DNA from: Candidatus Methylomirabilis sp.
GTDB taxonomy: Bacteria > Methylomirabilota > Methylomirabilia > Methylomirabilales > 2-02-FULL-66-22
Length of the DNA: 58,683 bases
Direction: 5' to 3'
Assembly: GCA_037442485.1 (NCBI GenBank)
Contig: JBBIQE010000005.1
Location: 1-58,683 of the forward strand
Position 1 is the stretch's first letter. Every line of letters starts with the position of its first letter. The notes under the pieces were generated by a model. It was not told where the DNA came from, did no database searches, and saw nothing but the letters and a program-made list of their open reading frames with translations. Positions 28,274 to 37,323 of this stretch are shown here, piece after piece. Both the position numbers and the translations under genes were made by a program.

Positions 28274-29068
28274 CTACATCACCACGCCGCCGTCCACGTG
28301 CAGGGCCTGGCCGGTGATGTTGCGCGCCTCCTCCGAGGCCAGGAAAGCGGCGGCCCAGCCGATGTCCTCGGGCGTCTGCTCGCGCTTCATGGGGACGATG
28401 GCGTTCACCCGGCTCTCGAAGACCTGGCGCGGCGTCATCCCGGCGTACTGGCCGCCACCCTTGGCCATCCGCTCGGCCGTCTCCTGCCAGAAGGCGGTCC
28501 AGAGGATGCCGGGGCAGATGGCATTCACGTTGATGCCGTGCGCCGCCAGCTCCTTGGCCACGATCTTGGTGAAGGTGATCACCCCCATCTTGGAGACGCT
28601 GTAGGGGGGCATGGAGGGGGAGCTCATGGGACCGGCGATAGAGGCGATGTTGATGATCTTGCCGCTCTTCCGCTGGATGAAGTAGGGGGCGATGGCCTTG
28701 CAGGCGAAGAAGATGGACTTGACGTTGACGGAATAGACCCGGTCCCAGTCCTCCTCGACGTTGTTGGTGAAGGGAAGACCGGGCCTGCAGGCCACCCCGG
28801 CGTTGTTCACCAGGATGTCGATCTTCCCCAACTCTTTTCTGACCCGGTCGAAGAGCGTGGGGAAGTCGGCCTCCCTGGTCACGTCGGTCCGGACCGCGAT
28901 CGCCTTCCGGCCCAGGGCCTGGACCTCCTCCGCGACCCTGGCCGCGGCCTCGACCTGGAGGTCGGCGATGGCGATGTCGGCGCCCTCTCTGGCCATGCAC
29001 AGGACGATCCCGCGCCCGATGCCCATGGCCCCGCCGGTCACGATGGCTACCTTGCCTGCGAGTCGCAT
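28274..29068 (-). CDS. SDR-family oxidoreductase
   Basis: TGGAMGIGRG (TGxxxGxG), NNAG, and YSVSK (YxxxK). ATG 29068 is preceded by AAAGGAG. Confidence 0.9.
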   Translation of the reverse strand: MRLAGKVAIVTGGAMGIGRGIVLCMAREGADIAIADLQVEAAARVAEEVQALGRKAIAVRTDVTREADFPTLFDRVRKELGKIDILVNNAGVACRPGLPFTNNVEEDWDRVYSVNVKSIFFACKAIAPYFIQRKSGKIINIASIAGPMSSPSMPPYSVSKMGVITFTKIVAKELAAHGINVNAICPGILWTAFWQETAERMAKGGGQYAGMTPRQVFESRVNAIVPMKREQTPEDIGWAAAFLASEEARNITGQALHVDGGVVM

Positions 29069-29132
29069 GACCACTCCTTTCTCCGAGGCTCTCTCCGATC
29101 CGCAGCCTGCGTCGAGCGCAGGCGAGATGCTT

Positions 29133-29221
29133 CCGCAGATTCGCGCAGATTCCACCCCCTCCCACCCCTCCCCCTTCGGAGGGGGGAGGGCACGGGTGGG
29201 GGTGAAATCTGCCATCTCCGG
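29133..29221. repeat. GC-rich palindromic intergenic element, family 1, copy D
   Basis: CCGCAGATTCGCGCAGATT - CCACCCCCTCCCACCCCTCCCCCTTCGGAGGGGGGAGGGCACGGGTGGGGGTG - AAATCTGCCATCTCCGG. The core is nearly identical to copy B. Confidence 0.65.
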
Positions 29222-29234
29222 ATAGTTCAGTACT

Positions 29235-31124
29235 CTACCAGGTGTCGCCGGGTTTGGCCGCCCACTCGATCCCCAGCTCGGCCAGCTTGGCGAAGGTCGG
29301 CCAGCCGGTGTCCGGGTCCCACCCCTCCATCTGGTAGTACAGCCGGAGGGCCCGCCCGAACTCCGCGGGGTCAATCCGCACGCCCGTGAGCGGCCCGCGG
29401 GCGAAGGCCTCGTGCAGGCGGGCCGGGAGCTGCTCGTCCTTGGGGGTGATGCCCTCGCGGCAATTGATGACCCGGGCGAGCGCCGCCCCCCGCTCCGCCA
29501 CCTTGAACAGCTCCCACAGGCTGGTGTCCCAGCCGGTCAGGGCCCGGGCCAGGTTGACCACGGGCGTCGGGGGCAGGATGTCAATGGGCGCCGAGGCGAG
29601 ATGGCAGACGCCCAGCGAGCTGGCCAGGTTCCACCAGTGGTGGGCGTAGTAGTAGGCCCGCACCTTGCGCGGCGACAGCTCGCGGCGGGGCAGGGGCTCG
29701 CACAGGCCCAGGGGCTCGAGGGCGTGCCCGCCGGAGGGGTGGAACCCCTCGTAGGCCGGATCGTGCGGCGCCCGCATGTGGTCGGCGCCCCCGGGTGCGG
29801 TGGCGTAGGCCAGCGCCAGGCCCTGCTTGCCCCGCGGCTCGTGCATGGGGATCTCCTGTCCCTTGACGTGCATGGCGTACCGCTCGGATCCTTTGCCGAT
29901 CCGCTGGGCCGCCCGCTTCACCCCCTCGGCGAGGATGTCCCCGAGACCCTCGCGCCTGGCGATCCTCTCCGTCATCTGGAGCAGGGCCTCGGCATTGCCG
30001 AAGGTGAGCTCGATCCCGCCGGTGTCGGCATTGGTCAGGATGCCCCGCTCGAAGCACTCCATGGCGAAGGCGATGGCCACCCCGGTGGAGATGGTGTCCA
30101 TGACGTACTCGCCGCAGAGCTGGTGAAACTTGGCCAGGCTCTTGATGTCGCCGATCCCGCAAAAGGAGCCGCCGGCGGCGAGGGTCTCGTACTCGGGGCC
30201 GCCGTACTTGTCCGTCACCCCCAGCTCGGGCACCTCGACCTCGCGCTTGCAGGCGATGGCACAGGCGAAGCAGGTGCCCTCGTCGGTCAGGATGGTGGCC
30301 GCCATGTTCTGGCCGCTCATCTCCTGGGCGTACTCGAAGGAGCCCTCCTGGAAGTTGCGCGTGGGCAGGATGCCGTCGGTGCTGAAGGCCACCACGTTGC
30401 GCGAGGTGCCGAACTTGTGGAGCATGTCGGCGTTGCGGTCGTAGTGCTCGCGGAACCACTTCAGGACCGCCGCCAGGCCGGCCGGGTCCCTGGCTTCCAT
30501 CTTGCCCCGGCCCCGGACGACGATGGCCTTCAGCCGCTTGCTGGCCATGACGGCGCCCAGGCCGTTGCGGCCGTTGAAATGCTTCAGCTCGTTGACGATG
30601 TTGGCGAAGCGCACGCCGTTCTCGCCGGCGATCCCGCACTGCAGCACCCGCGCCCGCTTGTCCGTCTGCTCTTTGAGGGTATCCTGGGCCTCACCCGAGC
30701 GCTTCCCCCAGACGTGCGAGGCATCCCGCAGCTCCGCCGTCCCGTCGGCGATCCACAGATAGAGGGGGCGGGGAGACTGCCCCGTGACGATGATCCCGTC
30801 GAAGCCGGCCAGCTTCAGCTCCGGCCCCCACCAGCCGCCGGCCTCGGACTCGCCATAGCCGCCGGTGAGCGGCGACTTGGCCACCACGCTGAACCGGTTG
30901 GAGCCGGAGACGGGGGACCCCGTGGTGAGGCAGGTGGCGACGACCAGGATGTTGTCCGGTCCCAGGGGGTCCACCCCCGGCTTCAGCTCGCGGGCGAGCC
31001 AGTAGGCCCCCATGGCGTTTCCGCCCAGGTACATGCGGTAAATGAGCTCGGGAACCTCCTCGACCTGCGTCCTCCCCTTCGTCAGGTCCACCCGTAGGAA
31101 CTTTCCGTTGTACGCGCCCTGCAT
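29235..31124 (-). CDS. aldehyde:ferredoxin oxidoreductase (AOR family, tungstopterin-type)
   Basis: GKFLRVDLTKGRTQVEEVPELIYRMYLGGNAMGAYWL..SPLTGGYGESEAGGWWG..CFACAIACKR is the AOR family pattern. 629 aa. Confidence 0.9.
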   Translation of the reverse strand: MQGAYNGKFLRVDLTKGRTQVEEVPELIYRMYLGGNAMGAYWLARELKPGVDPLGPDNILVVATCLTTGSPVSGSNRFSVVAKSPLTGGYGESEAGGWWGPELKLAGFDGIIVTGQSPRPLYLWIADGTAELRDASHVWGKRSGEAQDTLKEQTDKRARVLQCGIAGENGVRFANIVNELKHFNGRNGLGAVMASKRLKAIVVRGRGKMEARDPAGLAAVLKWFREHYDRNADMLHKFGTSRNVVAFSTDGILPTRNFQEGSFEYAQEMSGQNMAATILTDEGTCFACAIACKREVEVPELGVTDKYGGPEYETLAAGGSFCGIGDIKSLAKFHQLCGEYVMDTISTGVAIAFAMECFERGILTNADTGGIELTFGNAEALLQMTERIARREGLGDILAEGVKRAAQRIGKGSERYAMHVKGQEIPMHEPRGKQGLALAYATAPGGADHMRAPHDPAYEGFHPSGGHALEPLGLCEPLPRRELSPRKVRAYYYAHHWWNLASSLGVCHLASAPIDILPPTPVVNLARALTGWDTSLWELFKVAERGAALARVINCREGITPKDEQLPARLHEAFARGPLTGVRIDPAEFGRALRLYYQMEGWDPDTGWPTFAKLAELGIEWAAKPGDTW

Positions 31125-31224
31125 GCCGTCCTCCTCGTGATGTCGAAGTGAAGAATGCGGCCCCGTGGCCGGCCTCTGCCCGGGCGATGCTGCCTCGCTT
31201 GGCCCTGGCAGGAAAGGCCCAAGG

Positions 31225-32166
31225 CTATCGGCGCCACTTCGTCAGGTGCGACCGCGCGGCCTCGGCCACGTGGCGCGCGGTGACGCCGTACTTGTGCAGC
31301 AGCGCGTCGTTGGGGGCCGATTCGGCATAGACGTCCCGGATCCCGACCCGGGCGAGCGGGGTGGGGCGGTGCTCGGAGAGGGCCTCGGCCACGGCGCCGC
31401 CGAGTCCCCCGAGGATGCTGTGCTCCTCGGCCGTCACGACGAGGCCGGTCCGCTCGGCCGCGGCGATGACGGCGTCCACATCCAGCGGCTTCAGCGTGGG
31501 CACGTGCAGGACCAGGGCCGAGATCCCCTGCGACTTCAGCAGGTCGGCCGCCTCGAGCGTCCGCGGCGTCTGGATGCCCGTGCTGATCAGGGCCACGTCG
31601 CCCCCGTCCCGGAGCTGCACGGCGCGGCCGATCTCGAACCGGTACGCGGCGTCGAAGATGACCGGGCTCGGGTCCCGCCCCAACCGGAGGTAGGCCGGCC
31701 CGTGCACGGCCACCAGGGCCTCCATCGCCTTCTCGACCTCGACCCCGTCGGCCGGCGCGATGACCGTCATGTTGGGCATGGACCGCATGATGGCCAGGTC
31801 CTGGATGGAGAGATGGGTCTTGCCCGTCTTGCCCGCCAGCAGGCCGCTGTAGTGTCCCGTGATCTTCACGTTGTTCCTGGGCTGGGCCACCACGATCCGG
31901 ATCTGGTCCAGGTCCCGCTTGACAAAGCAGGCGAAGGTGCTGGTGAAGGGGATGAAGCCCAGGGTGGAGAGGCCCGCGGCCATGCCGATCATGTTCTGCT
32001 CGGCGATCCCCACCTGGAAGAAGCGCTCGGGGAAGGCTTGGGCGAAGAGGACGGCGCGGGTGGAGGGCGCCACGTCGGCGTCCAGGACCACCAGGTCCGG
32101 TATCCGCTTGCCCAGGCGGACCAGGCTCTGTCCGAAGGCCTCCCGCATGGCCATGGGATCTGGCAT
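31225..32166 (-). CDS. transketolase, C-terminal (pyrimidine-binding) subunit
   Basis: MREAFGQSLVRLGKRIPDLVVLDADVAPSTR..FFQVGIAEQNMIGMAAGL. It starts 5 nt after the N-terminal subunit gene. Confidence 0.9.
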   Translation of the reverse strand: MPDPMAMREAFGQSLVRLGKRIPDLVVLDADVAPSTRAVLFAQAFPERFFQVGIAEQNMIGMAAGLSTLGFIPFTSTFACFVKRDLDQIRIVVAQPRNNVKITGHYSGLLAGKTGKTHLSIQDLAIMRSMPNMTVIAPADGVEVEKAMEALVAVHGPAYLRLGRDPSPVIFDAAYRFEIGRAVQLRDGGDVALISTGIQTPRTLEAADLLKSQGISALVLHVPTLKPLDVDAVIAAAERTGLVVTAEEHSILGGLGGAVAEALSEHRPTPLARVGIRDVYAESAPNDALLHKYGVTARHVAEAARSHLTKWRR

Positions 32167-32171
32167 GGCGC

Positions 32172-32999
32172 TCACCTCCTCACCGCCAGCTCGGCTCTGG
32201 CCTGCCGATACTCCTGCTCGTTGGGGGGCTTGGCGTGCCAGGCCGGCACGTTTTCCATGAAGGAGACGCCCTTGCCCTTGACCGTGTGCGCCAGCAGGAC
32301 GCCGGGCCGGCCCTGGACCCGCTGCAGCTCCTCCAGGCCGCCCAGGATGGAGGCGACATCGTGGCCGTCGCACTCGCGGACCTCCCAGCCGAAGGCGCGC
32401 CACTTCTCCGGGACCGGGTCCATGGGCATGGCCTTGGCGATGAAGTCGCTCAACTGGATCTTGTTCCAGTCCACGATGGCCGTCAGGTTGTCCAGGCGGT
32501 AGGCCGCGGCCGCCATGGCGGCCTCCCACACCTGCCCCTCCTGGATCTCGCCATCCCCCAGCAGGACGTACACGCGGAACTTCTTGCCGCGAAGGCGCGC
32601 GCCCAGCGCCATGCCGATCCCGGGGGAGAGGCCCTGGCCCAGGGAGCCCGAGGACATGTCCACGCCCGGGGTGTGCATATCGGGATGGCCCTGCAGGATG
32701 GAGTCCAGCTCGTCGTAGGTCTTCAGGACCTCCGGCGGGAAGAATCCGCGCTCGGCCAGGGTGACATAGTAGATGGGTGCGGCGTGCCCCTTGCTGAGGA
32801 TGAACCGGTCCCGATCCGGCCAGTCGGGCCGGGCCGGGTCGATCCGCAGCACCCGGAAATACAGGCAGGCCAGGATCTCGGCCAGGGAGAAGGACCCCCC
32901 GGGGTGCCCGGCCTGGGCGTGCCAGATCATGTCCAGGGTGCGGCGGCGCAGGCGATGGGCCACCTCCTGGATCTCGCCAACGGTGAGGAGTTCCTCCAT
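32172..32999 (-). CDS. transketolase, N-terminal (TPP-binding) subunit
   Basis: HAQAGHPGGSFSLAEILACLYF..SKGHAAPIYY..LLGDGEIQEGQVWEA. Confidence 0.9.
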   Translation of the reverse strand: MEELLTVGEIQEVAHRLRRRTLDMIWHAQAGHPGGSFSLAEILACLYFRVLRIDPARPDWPDRDRFILSKGHAAPIYYVTLAERGFFPPEVLKTYDELDSILQGHPDMHTPGVDMSSGSLGQGLSPGIGMALGARLRGKKFRVYVLLGDGEIQEGQVWEAAMAAAAYRLDNLTAIVDWNKIQLSDFIAKAMPMDPVPEKWRAFGWEVRECDGHDVASILGGLEELQRVQGRPGVLLAHTVKGKGVSFMENVPAWHAKPPNEQEYRQARAELAVRR

Positions 33000-33423
33000 A
33001 GTCACCCCCTTCGCGTTTGGATGCGTGAGCGCCCGCGCCCACGCCGGATGATGGGAGGGCCCGCGGCGCCGGCCGAGGGTCCGGGATGCGCCCGGGACCG
33101 CAGAGCCGGTCCGGGCATTCGGCCGAGACTCTAGCCCCTCGCGCCGGCCCTCGCAAGCCGGAGCGCGCAAATGCCTCGGAAAACATACATGCGCGGCGGG
33201 GATGCCGCCGGCACGCCGCCCCTCCGGTGCAGCCCCCGGATCTCCTCCGGCCCGTCGCCGAGCGACGAAGGGCGGCCCCGGGACCGGGTCTCGTCGCCCG
33301 CCCCGGGCTCCTCGACCCTGATCGCATCCGCCCCCGTGTCGGCCGGCCTCTCGGAGCGGAACGGCCCACCGGGATCCGGCGGAGGTCCAGGACCGCGAGG
33401 CCCTCCAGCGCCCCGGCCAGGCT

Positions 33424-34305
33424 TCACCTCGCCGCCTCGCCCCGGCCCCCGAGGAGCTGATCGAGGGGCGAGCGGGTCTCGCGCGGCGCCCAGGTCCCGC
33501 GCACCCAGGCGTAGGCCGGGTCGTCCGACGCCTGCATGCTCCGGACATCGCCGGCCAGGACATTCAGGTAGTAGCAGTGATACCCGGGGGCGACCGCCAC
33601 CGGGTGATAGCCCTCGCGGATCAGGACCAGGTCGTTGTCCCGGACCGTCAGGGTCTCGTCCACGCGGCCGTCGCCGGTGTAGAGGCGCTGGAGGGCGAAG
33701 CCGTCGGGGTGGCTCAACTTGTAATAGTAGGTCTCCTCCAGCTTCACCTCGCGGGGGGGATCGTGCCGGTCGTGCTTGTGGGGCGGATAGCTCGACCAGT
33801 TGCCGCTGGGCGTATAGACCTCGACGATCAGCAACCGGTGGGCGGGGAATTCCGGCTTCAGCAGGTGGACGATCCGCCGCGTGGCGTTCCGTCCGCCCCG
33901 GATCTCGACCTCCACATCCGGGGGCGAGATCAGGCGCGCCGGGAAGTCCCGGTCGGTCCGGGCGCTGCAGAGGGCGACCTCCAGGGGCCTCGTCGCCCGC
34001 AGCGCATAGGCGGTCCGTCGCGGCAGGTAGAGGGCGTGGGGCAGGCCGTCGAAGACGGTCGGTCGCTCTCCCAGGCCCTTCCAGGTTCCGGCCGTGGACT
34101 GCACGTCGCACTGGCCTCCCAAAACGACCAGGGCGGTCTCGTGATCCCCGGTCTCTGCCGACAGCGTTTCCCCGGGCCGAAGGGCCCGGACCCCGAAGCC
34201 GATGTAGCGCCAGGCCGCGCGCTCGGGACTCACCGAGTGGATCTCGCCCGCCCCCTCCGGCCCCAGGCGGTTCCCGTGAATCAGCGGATCAATCCTGGTC
34301 GTCAT
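33424..34305 (-). CDS. iolB: 5-deoxy-glucuronate isomerase-like (KduI/IolB family cupin)
   Basis: VYTPSGNWSSYPPHKHDRHDPPREVKLEETYYYK is the IolB signature region. ATG 34305 is preceded by GGGAGG. Confidence 0.8.
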   Translation of the reverse strand: MTTRIDPLIHGNRLGPEGAGEIHSVSPERAAWRYIGFGVRALRPGETLSAETGDHETALVVLGGQCDVQSTAGTWKGLGERPTVFDGLPHALYLPRRTAYALRATRPLEVALCSARTDRDFPARLISPPDVEVEIRGGRNATRRIVHLLKPEFPAHRLLIVEVYTPSGNWSSYPPHKHDRHDPPREVKLEETYYYKLSHPDGFALQRLYTGDGRVDETLTVRDNDLVLIREGYHPVAVAPGYHCYYLNVLAGDVRSMQASDDPAYAWVRGTWAPRETRSPLDQLLGGRGEAAR

Positions 34306-34466
34306 GGTGTGACCTCCCGCGGCCTCCCGCGCCTCCCTGTCCTGCGGCCTCCACGCCCCCCGGGCTGTGGCGGTGGCCTGCACGATAGCACAGCGGATGC
34401 CCATCCGGCCAATGCCAATCGCGCGCGGGGGTCGGCGGCTCACAGGATGCCGGGGCCTCCATCCGC

Positions 34467-34495
34467 TTGCCCTCGGCCGCGCCTTCGTGCATAAT
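34467..34495 (+). promoter_or_regulatory. possible sigma70-type promoter for the ferritin operon
   Basis: TTGCCC - 17 nt - CATAAT, about 100 nt upstream of ATG 34594. This is a by-eye match only. Confidence 0.25.
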
Positions 34496-34593
34496 GGCGC
34501 CGCCCCCGGGCGGTCGCCCTTGCCGGGGGCCGATTCCCTCCCGTGAGCCGTGCGTGCCACAGACCTTGCGATACAGAAAGGAGAGAGCGGGCC

Positions 34594-35091
34594 ATGCTCA
34601 GTCAAGCGATGCAGGAGGCGCTCAACGCGCAGATCAGTGCCGAGATCAGCTCCGCCTACCTGTACCTGTCCATGGCGGCGTACTGCGCGGCCAGCAACCG
34701 CCCGGGGTGCGCCCACTGGATGCGCGTGCAGTGGCAGGAAGAGCTGGGCCATGCCCTGAAGCTGTTCGACCACATCCACGACCGGGGCGGGCGCGCCGTC
34801 CTCAAGGCCATCCCCCAGCCGGCCACGGAGTTCACGTCGCTCCTGGATGTCTTCCGGCAGGTCCTGGATCATGAACGGGACGTGACCGCGAGGATCCACC
34901 GGCTCTACGAGACGGCGGTCAAGGAGAACGATTACCCGGCCCAGGTCATGCTGCAGTGGTTCATCACCGAACAGGTGGAGGAGGAGAAGACGGCCGCCGA
35001 GGTCCTGGAGCAGCTCAAGCTGATCGGCGACCAGGGGCCCGCCGTGATCATGCTGGACCACCACCTGGGGATGCGCAAGGCGGGGGAGTAG
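34594..35091 (+). CDS. non-haem ferritin
   Basis: LNAQISAEISSAYLYLSMAAY...WQEELGHALKLFDHI...LQWFITEQVEEEK carries the ferroxidase-centre pattern of bacterial Ftn. AAAGGAGAG precedes the ATG. Confidence 0.9.
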   Translation: MLSQAMQEALNAQISAEISSAYLYLSMAAYCAASNRPGCAHWMRVQWQEELGHALKLFDHIHDRGGRAVLKAIPQPATEFTSLLDVFRQVLDHERDVTARIHRLYETAVKENDYPAQVMLQWFITEQVEEEKTAAEVLEQLKLIGDQGPAVIMLDHHLGMRKAGE

Positions 35092-35146
35092 CGAGGAGAC
35101 GGCTCGGGTGTCGCGTGGCCCGGCGGATCCGGGCGGAGGATGACCG

Positions 35147-35647
35147 ATGGCAACCCGCGATCAGGTTCTGGCCGAGGTGTACGAGCTGGCCCTGCAGAAC
35201 GACATGCACTACTTCGGGTGAACGCAGGCCGTGCTTGCAGCTTTGCAGGCGACGCTGGGCGTAGGCGACACCCTGGTGTTGAAGGCGGGCAGCGCCCTGG
35301 CGGGCGGGGTGGCCGTGCAGGGCGAGACCTGCGGGGCGCTGACCGGCGCCATCATGGCCCTGGGCTGCGTGGTCGGGCGGGAGCGGCTGGAGGACATCGC
35401 GCAGTACCAGCGGGCCAAGGAGCCGGCGCAGGAAATGTACCGGCGGTTCCGCGACGAGGTGGGGCACAGCATCTGTGCCGAGATCCACAAGCTCAAGTAC
35501 GGCCGGGTCTATCGCTTGTCCGATCCCGAGGAGGCGAAGGCCTTCCACCAGGACGGCGGACACAGCCGGACCGGCTGCCCCGAGGTGTGCGGGATCGCCG
35601 CCCGGATCGCCGCCGACATCATCCTGCGCCTGCGCGCGGGCGACTGA
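35147..35647 (+). CDS. C_GCAxxG_C_C family protein with in-frame UGA at the first conserved Cys (candidate selenocysteine, codon 25)
   Basis: ATG 35147 follows GGAGGA plus a 6-nt spacer. Translation reads MATRDQVLAEVYELALQNDMHYFG[TGA 35219-35221]TQAVLAALQ...GETCGALTGAIMALG...HSICAEI...GCPEVCG. The ORF track only reports the part after the TGA, from GTG 35231. Confidence 0.65.
35232..35251 (+). promoter_or_regulatory. SECIS-like stem-loop downstream of UGA 35219-35221
   Basis: 8-bp stem TGCTTGCA/TGCAGGCG (two G-U pairs) with a GCTT apex. The stem starts 10 nt after the UGA and the apex is 18 nt after it. Confidence 0.45.
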
Positions 35648-35658
35648 GGGGAGGGTCC

Positions 35659-36051
35659 ATGGTCACGATCCAGCCCTACTGCGCCAAGGGGGTGTTCGAC
35701 CCGCCCACCTACCACCAGGCCATCAAGGTCACGGGGGGCCAGACGATCCTCTTCCTCTCGGGGCAGGTGGCCTACGACGAGAAGGGCGCCCCCGCGCATC
35801 GGGGCGATTTCGTGGCCCAGGCGCGCGCCGTGTTCCGGGCCATCAGGGCCCAGGTGGAGGCGGGGGGCGGAACGGTCGCGAACATCGTGAAGGTCAACAC
35901 CTACCTCACCGACATTCGCTACCGGGCCGACCTGCTGCCGGTGCGGGAGGAGTTCTTCGGGAAAAAGATGCCGGCCTCCACCCTGGTCGAGGTCTCGGCC
36001 CTCGCCCACCCCGACTGGCTGATCGAGGTGGAGGCCATCGCGGTCCTGTGA
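35659..36051 (+). CDS. ridA: RidA/YjgF-family enamine/imine deaminase
   Basis: PPTYHQAIKVTGGQTILFLSGQVAYD...VKVNTYLTDI...PASTLVEVSALAHPDWLIEVEAIAVL. Confidence 0.9.
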   Translation: MVTIQPYCAKGVFDPPTYHQAIKVTGGQTILFLSGQVAYDEKGAPAHRGDFVAQARAVFRAIRAQVEAGGGTVANIVKVNTYLTDIRYRADLLPVREEFFGKKMPASTLVEVSALAHPDWLIEVEAIAVL

Positions 36052-36106
36052 CCGTCCGCGGGGCAAGAGGAGGGGCGCTCGCGGACTGAGAGGGGGCGGC
36101 GCGGCC

Positions 36107-36709
36107 ATGGCGACGTTGCATCTCGGCTTTCTCGCCTCCCACGGCGGCAGCAACATGCAGGCCATCATTGACGCCTGCAAGTCGGGGCGGCTGGATGCCA
36201 AGCCCTGCGTCGTGATCAGCAACAATTCCGGCTCCATGGCCCTGCAGCGGGCGAAGAACGAGGGGATCCCGCATTACCACATCAGCGCCCTGACCCACCC
36301 CGGCACCCTGGAGGACGAGGAGATCCTCCGGGTGCTGAAACGGCACGGCGTGGACACGGTGGTCCTGGCCGGCTACATGAAGATGCTGGGCCCCGCCACC
36401 CTGGGGGCCTACCGCGGCCGGATCCTCAACATACATCCCGCGCTGCTTCCCAAGTTCGGCGGAAAGGGCATGTACGGCAAGCGGGTGCACGAGGCGGTCC
36501 TGGCCGCCGGCGAGACGGTGACGGGCGTGACGATCCACATCGTGGACGAGCACTACGATACCGGGCCGATCATCGCCCAGTGCCAGGTGCCGGTCCTGCC
36601 GGAGGACACGGTGGAGTCGCTGGCCGAGCGGGTGCTGAAGCACGAGCACGTCCTGTACGCCGAGACCCTCCAGAAGATCGCCGACGGCCGGATCGTGTTG
36701 CCGAGCTGA
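36107..36709 (+). CDS. purN: phosphoribosylglycinamide formyltransferase
   Basis: LASHGGSNMQAIIDAC...VVLAGYMKML...ILNIHPALLPKFGG...GVTIHIVDEHYDTGPIIAQ. Confidence 0.9.
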   Translation: MATLHLGFLASHGGSNMQAIIDACKSGRLDAKPCVVISNNSGSMALQRAKNEGIPHYHISALTHPGTLEDEEILRVLKRHGVDTVVLAGYMKMLGPATLGAYRGRILNIHPALLPKFGGKGMYGKRVHEAVLAAGETVTGVTIHIVDEHYDTGPIIAQCQVPVLPEDTVESLAERVLKHEHVLYAETLQKIADGRIVLPS

Positions 36710-37323
36710 TGCGGGCGGCGCGGAGCCGGGACAGCCTGCGATCGGGACCTTGCCGATGGCAGGATATGGAACGCCCGGCGCCCGTGGAGCCGGTAGAGGC
36801 CGAAGCCCTGCTGGTCGAGTGCGAGAATGGTAGCCCATCCCAGCTCTCTCCCTCCCCACGGATGAACCCCATCCGGTCCCGCGGCAGGGCGCGCTGAAGC
36901 CTCTCCTGTCTTGGGGCTTTTCGAAACTTCGCCCCGCCTTCCCGCATGGGCGTTGCTTCCGGTGCGCGCAGCGCCAGACCATCGGTGCCCCCTCGGAGTG
37001 TTCTGTCAAGAGCCATCCGGGGACTGGAGGCGGGATGCGGCGCGCAGGAAACCGACGCCGAGGCTGAGCCGAGGCGAGGCTGACACGGGGTGGGGGAGCC
37101 CGTGGCGTTGGCGGGCGACCTCCGGGTTCCGAACCTGGTGGGGGTGGTCCAACTGGTATGCCTGGAGCGGGCCGGCACGGGCAGGCGGCGTCCCGGAGCC
37201 CGACCACCGGAAAATTTGCGGAGCCGAAAACCCGGGGGGCGGGAAGGGCCTCCCCATTCTCCTCCCGCCCCGCCGCCTGGTCTGTACCGAGCAGCTCTTC
37301 TCCCCGAAGGTTCCCCCCGGGTC

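Noticed and set aside
35140-36051. The 303-aa ORF starting MTDGNPRSG that spans the C_GCAxxG_C_C gene and RidA.
   Set aside because: Only its last 130 aa (RidA, from ATG 35659) are protein-like. The upstream part is the wrong frame of the C_GCAxxG_C_C gene.
37122-37138. A T-arm-like CCGGGTTCCGAACCTGG suggesting a tRNA (possibly tRNA-Sec) in the purN/transketolase gap.
   Set aside because: No complementary acceptor stem, D-arm or anticodon arm could be assembled from the flanking ~80 nt. The loop is TTCCGAA rather than a TTCRANN-type T-loop.
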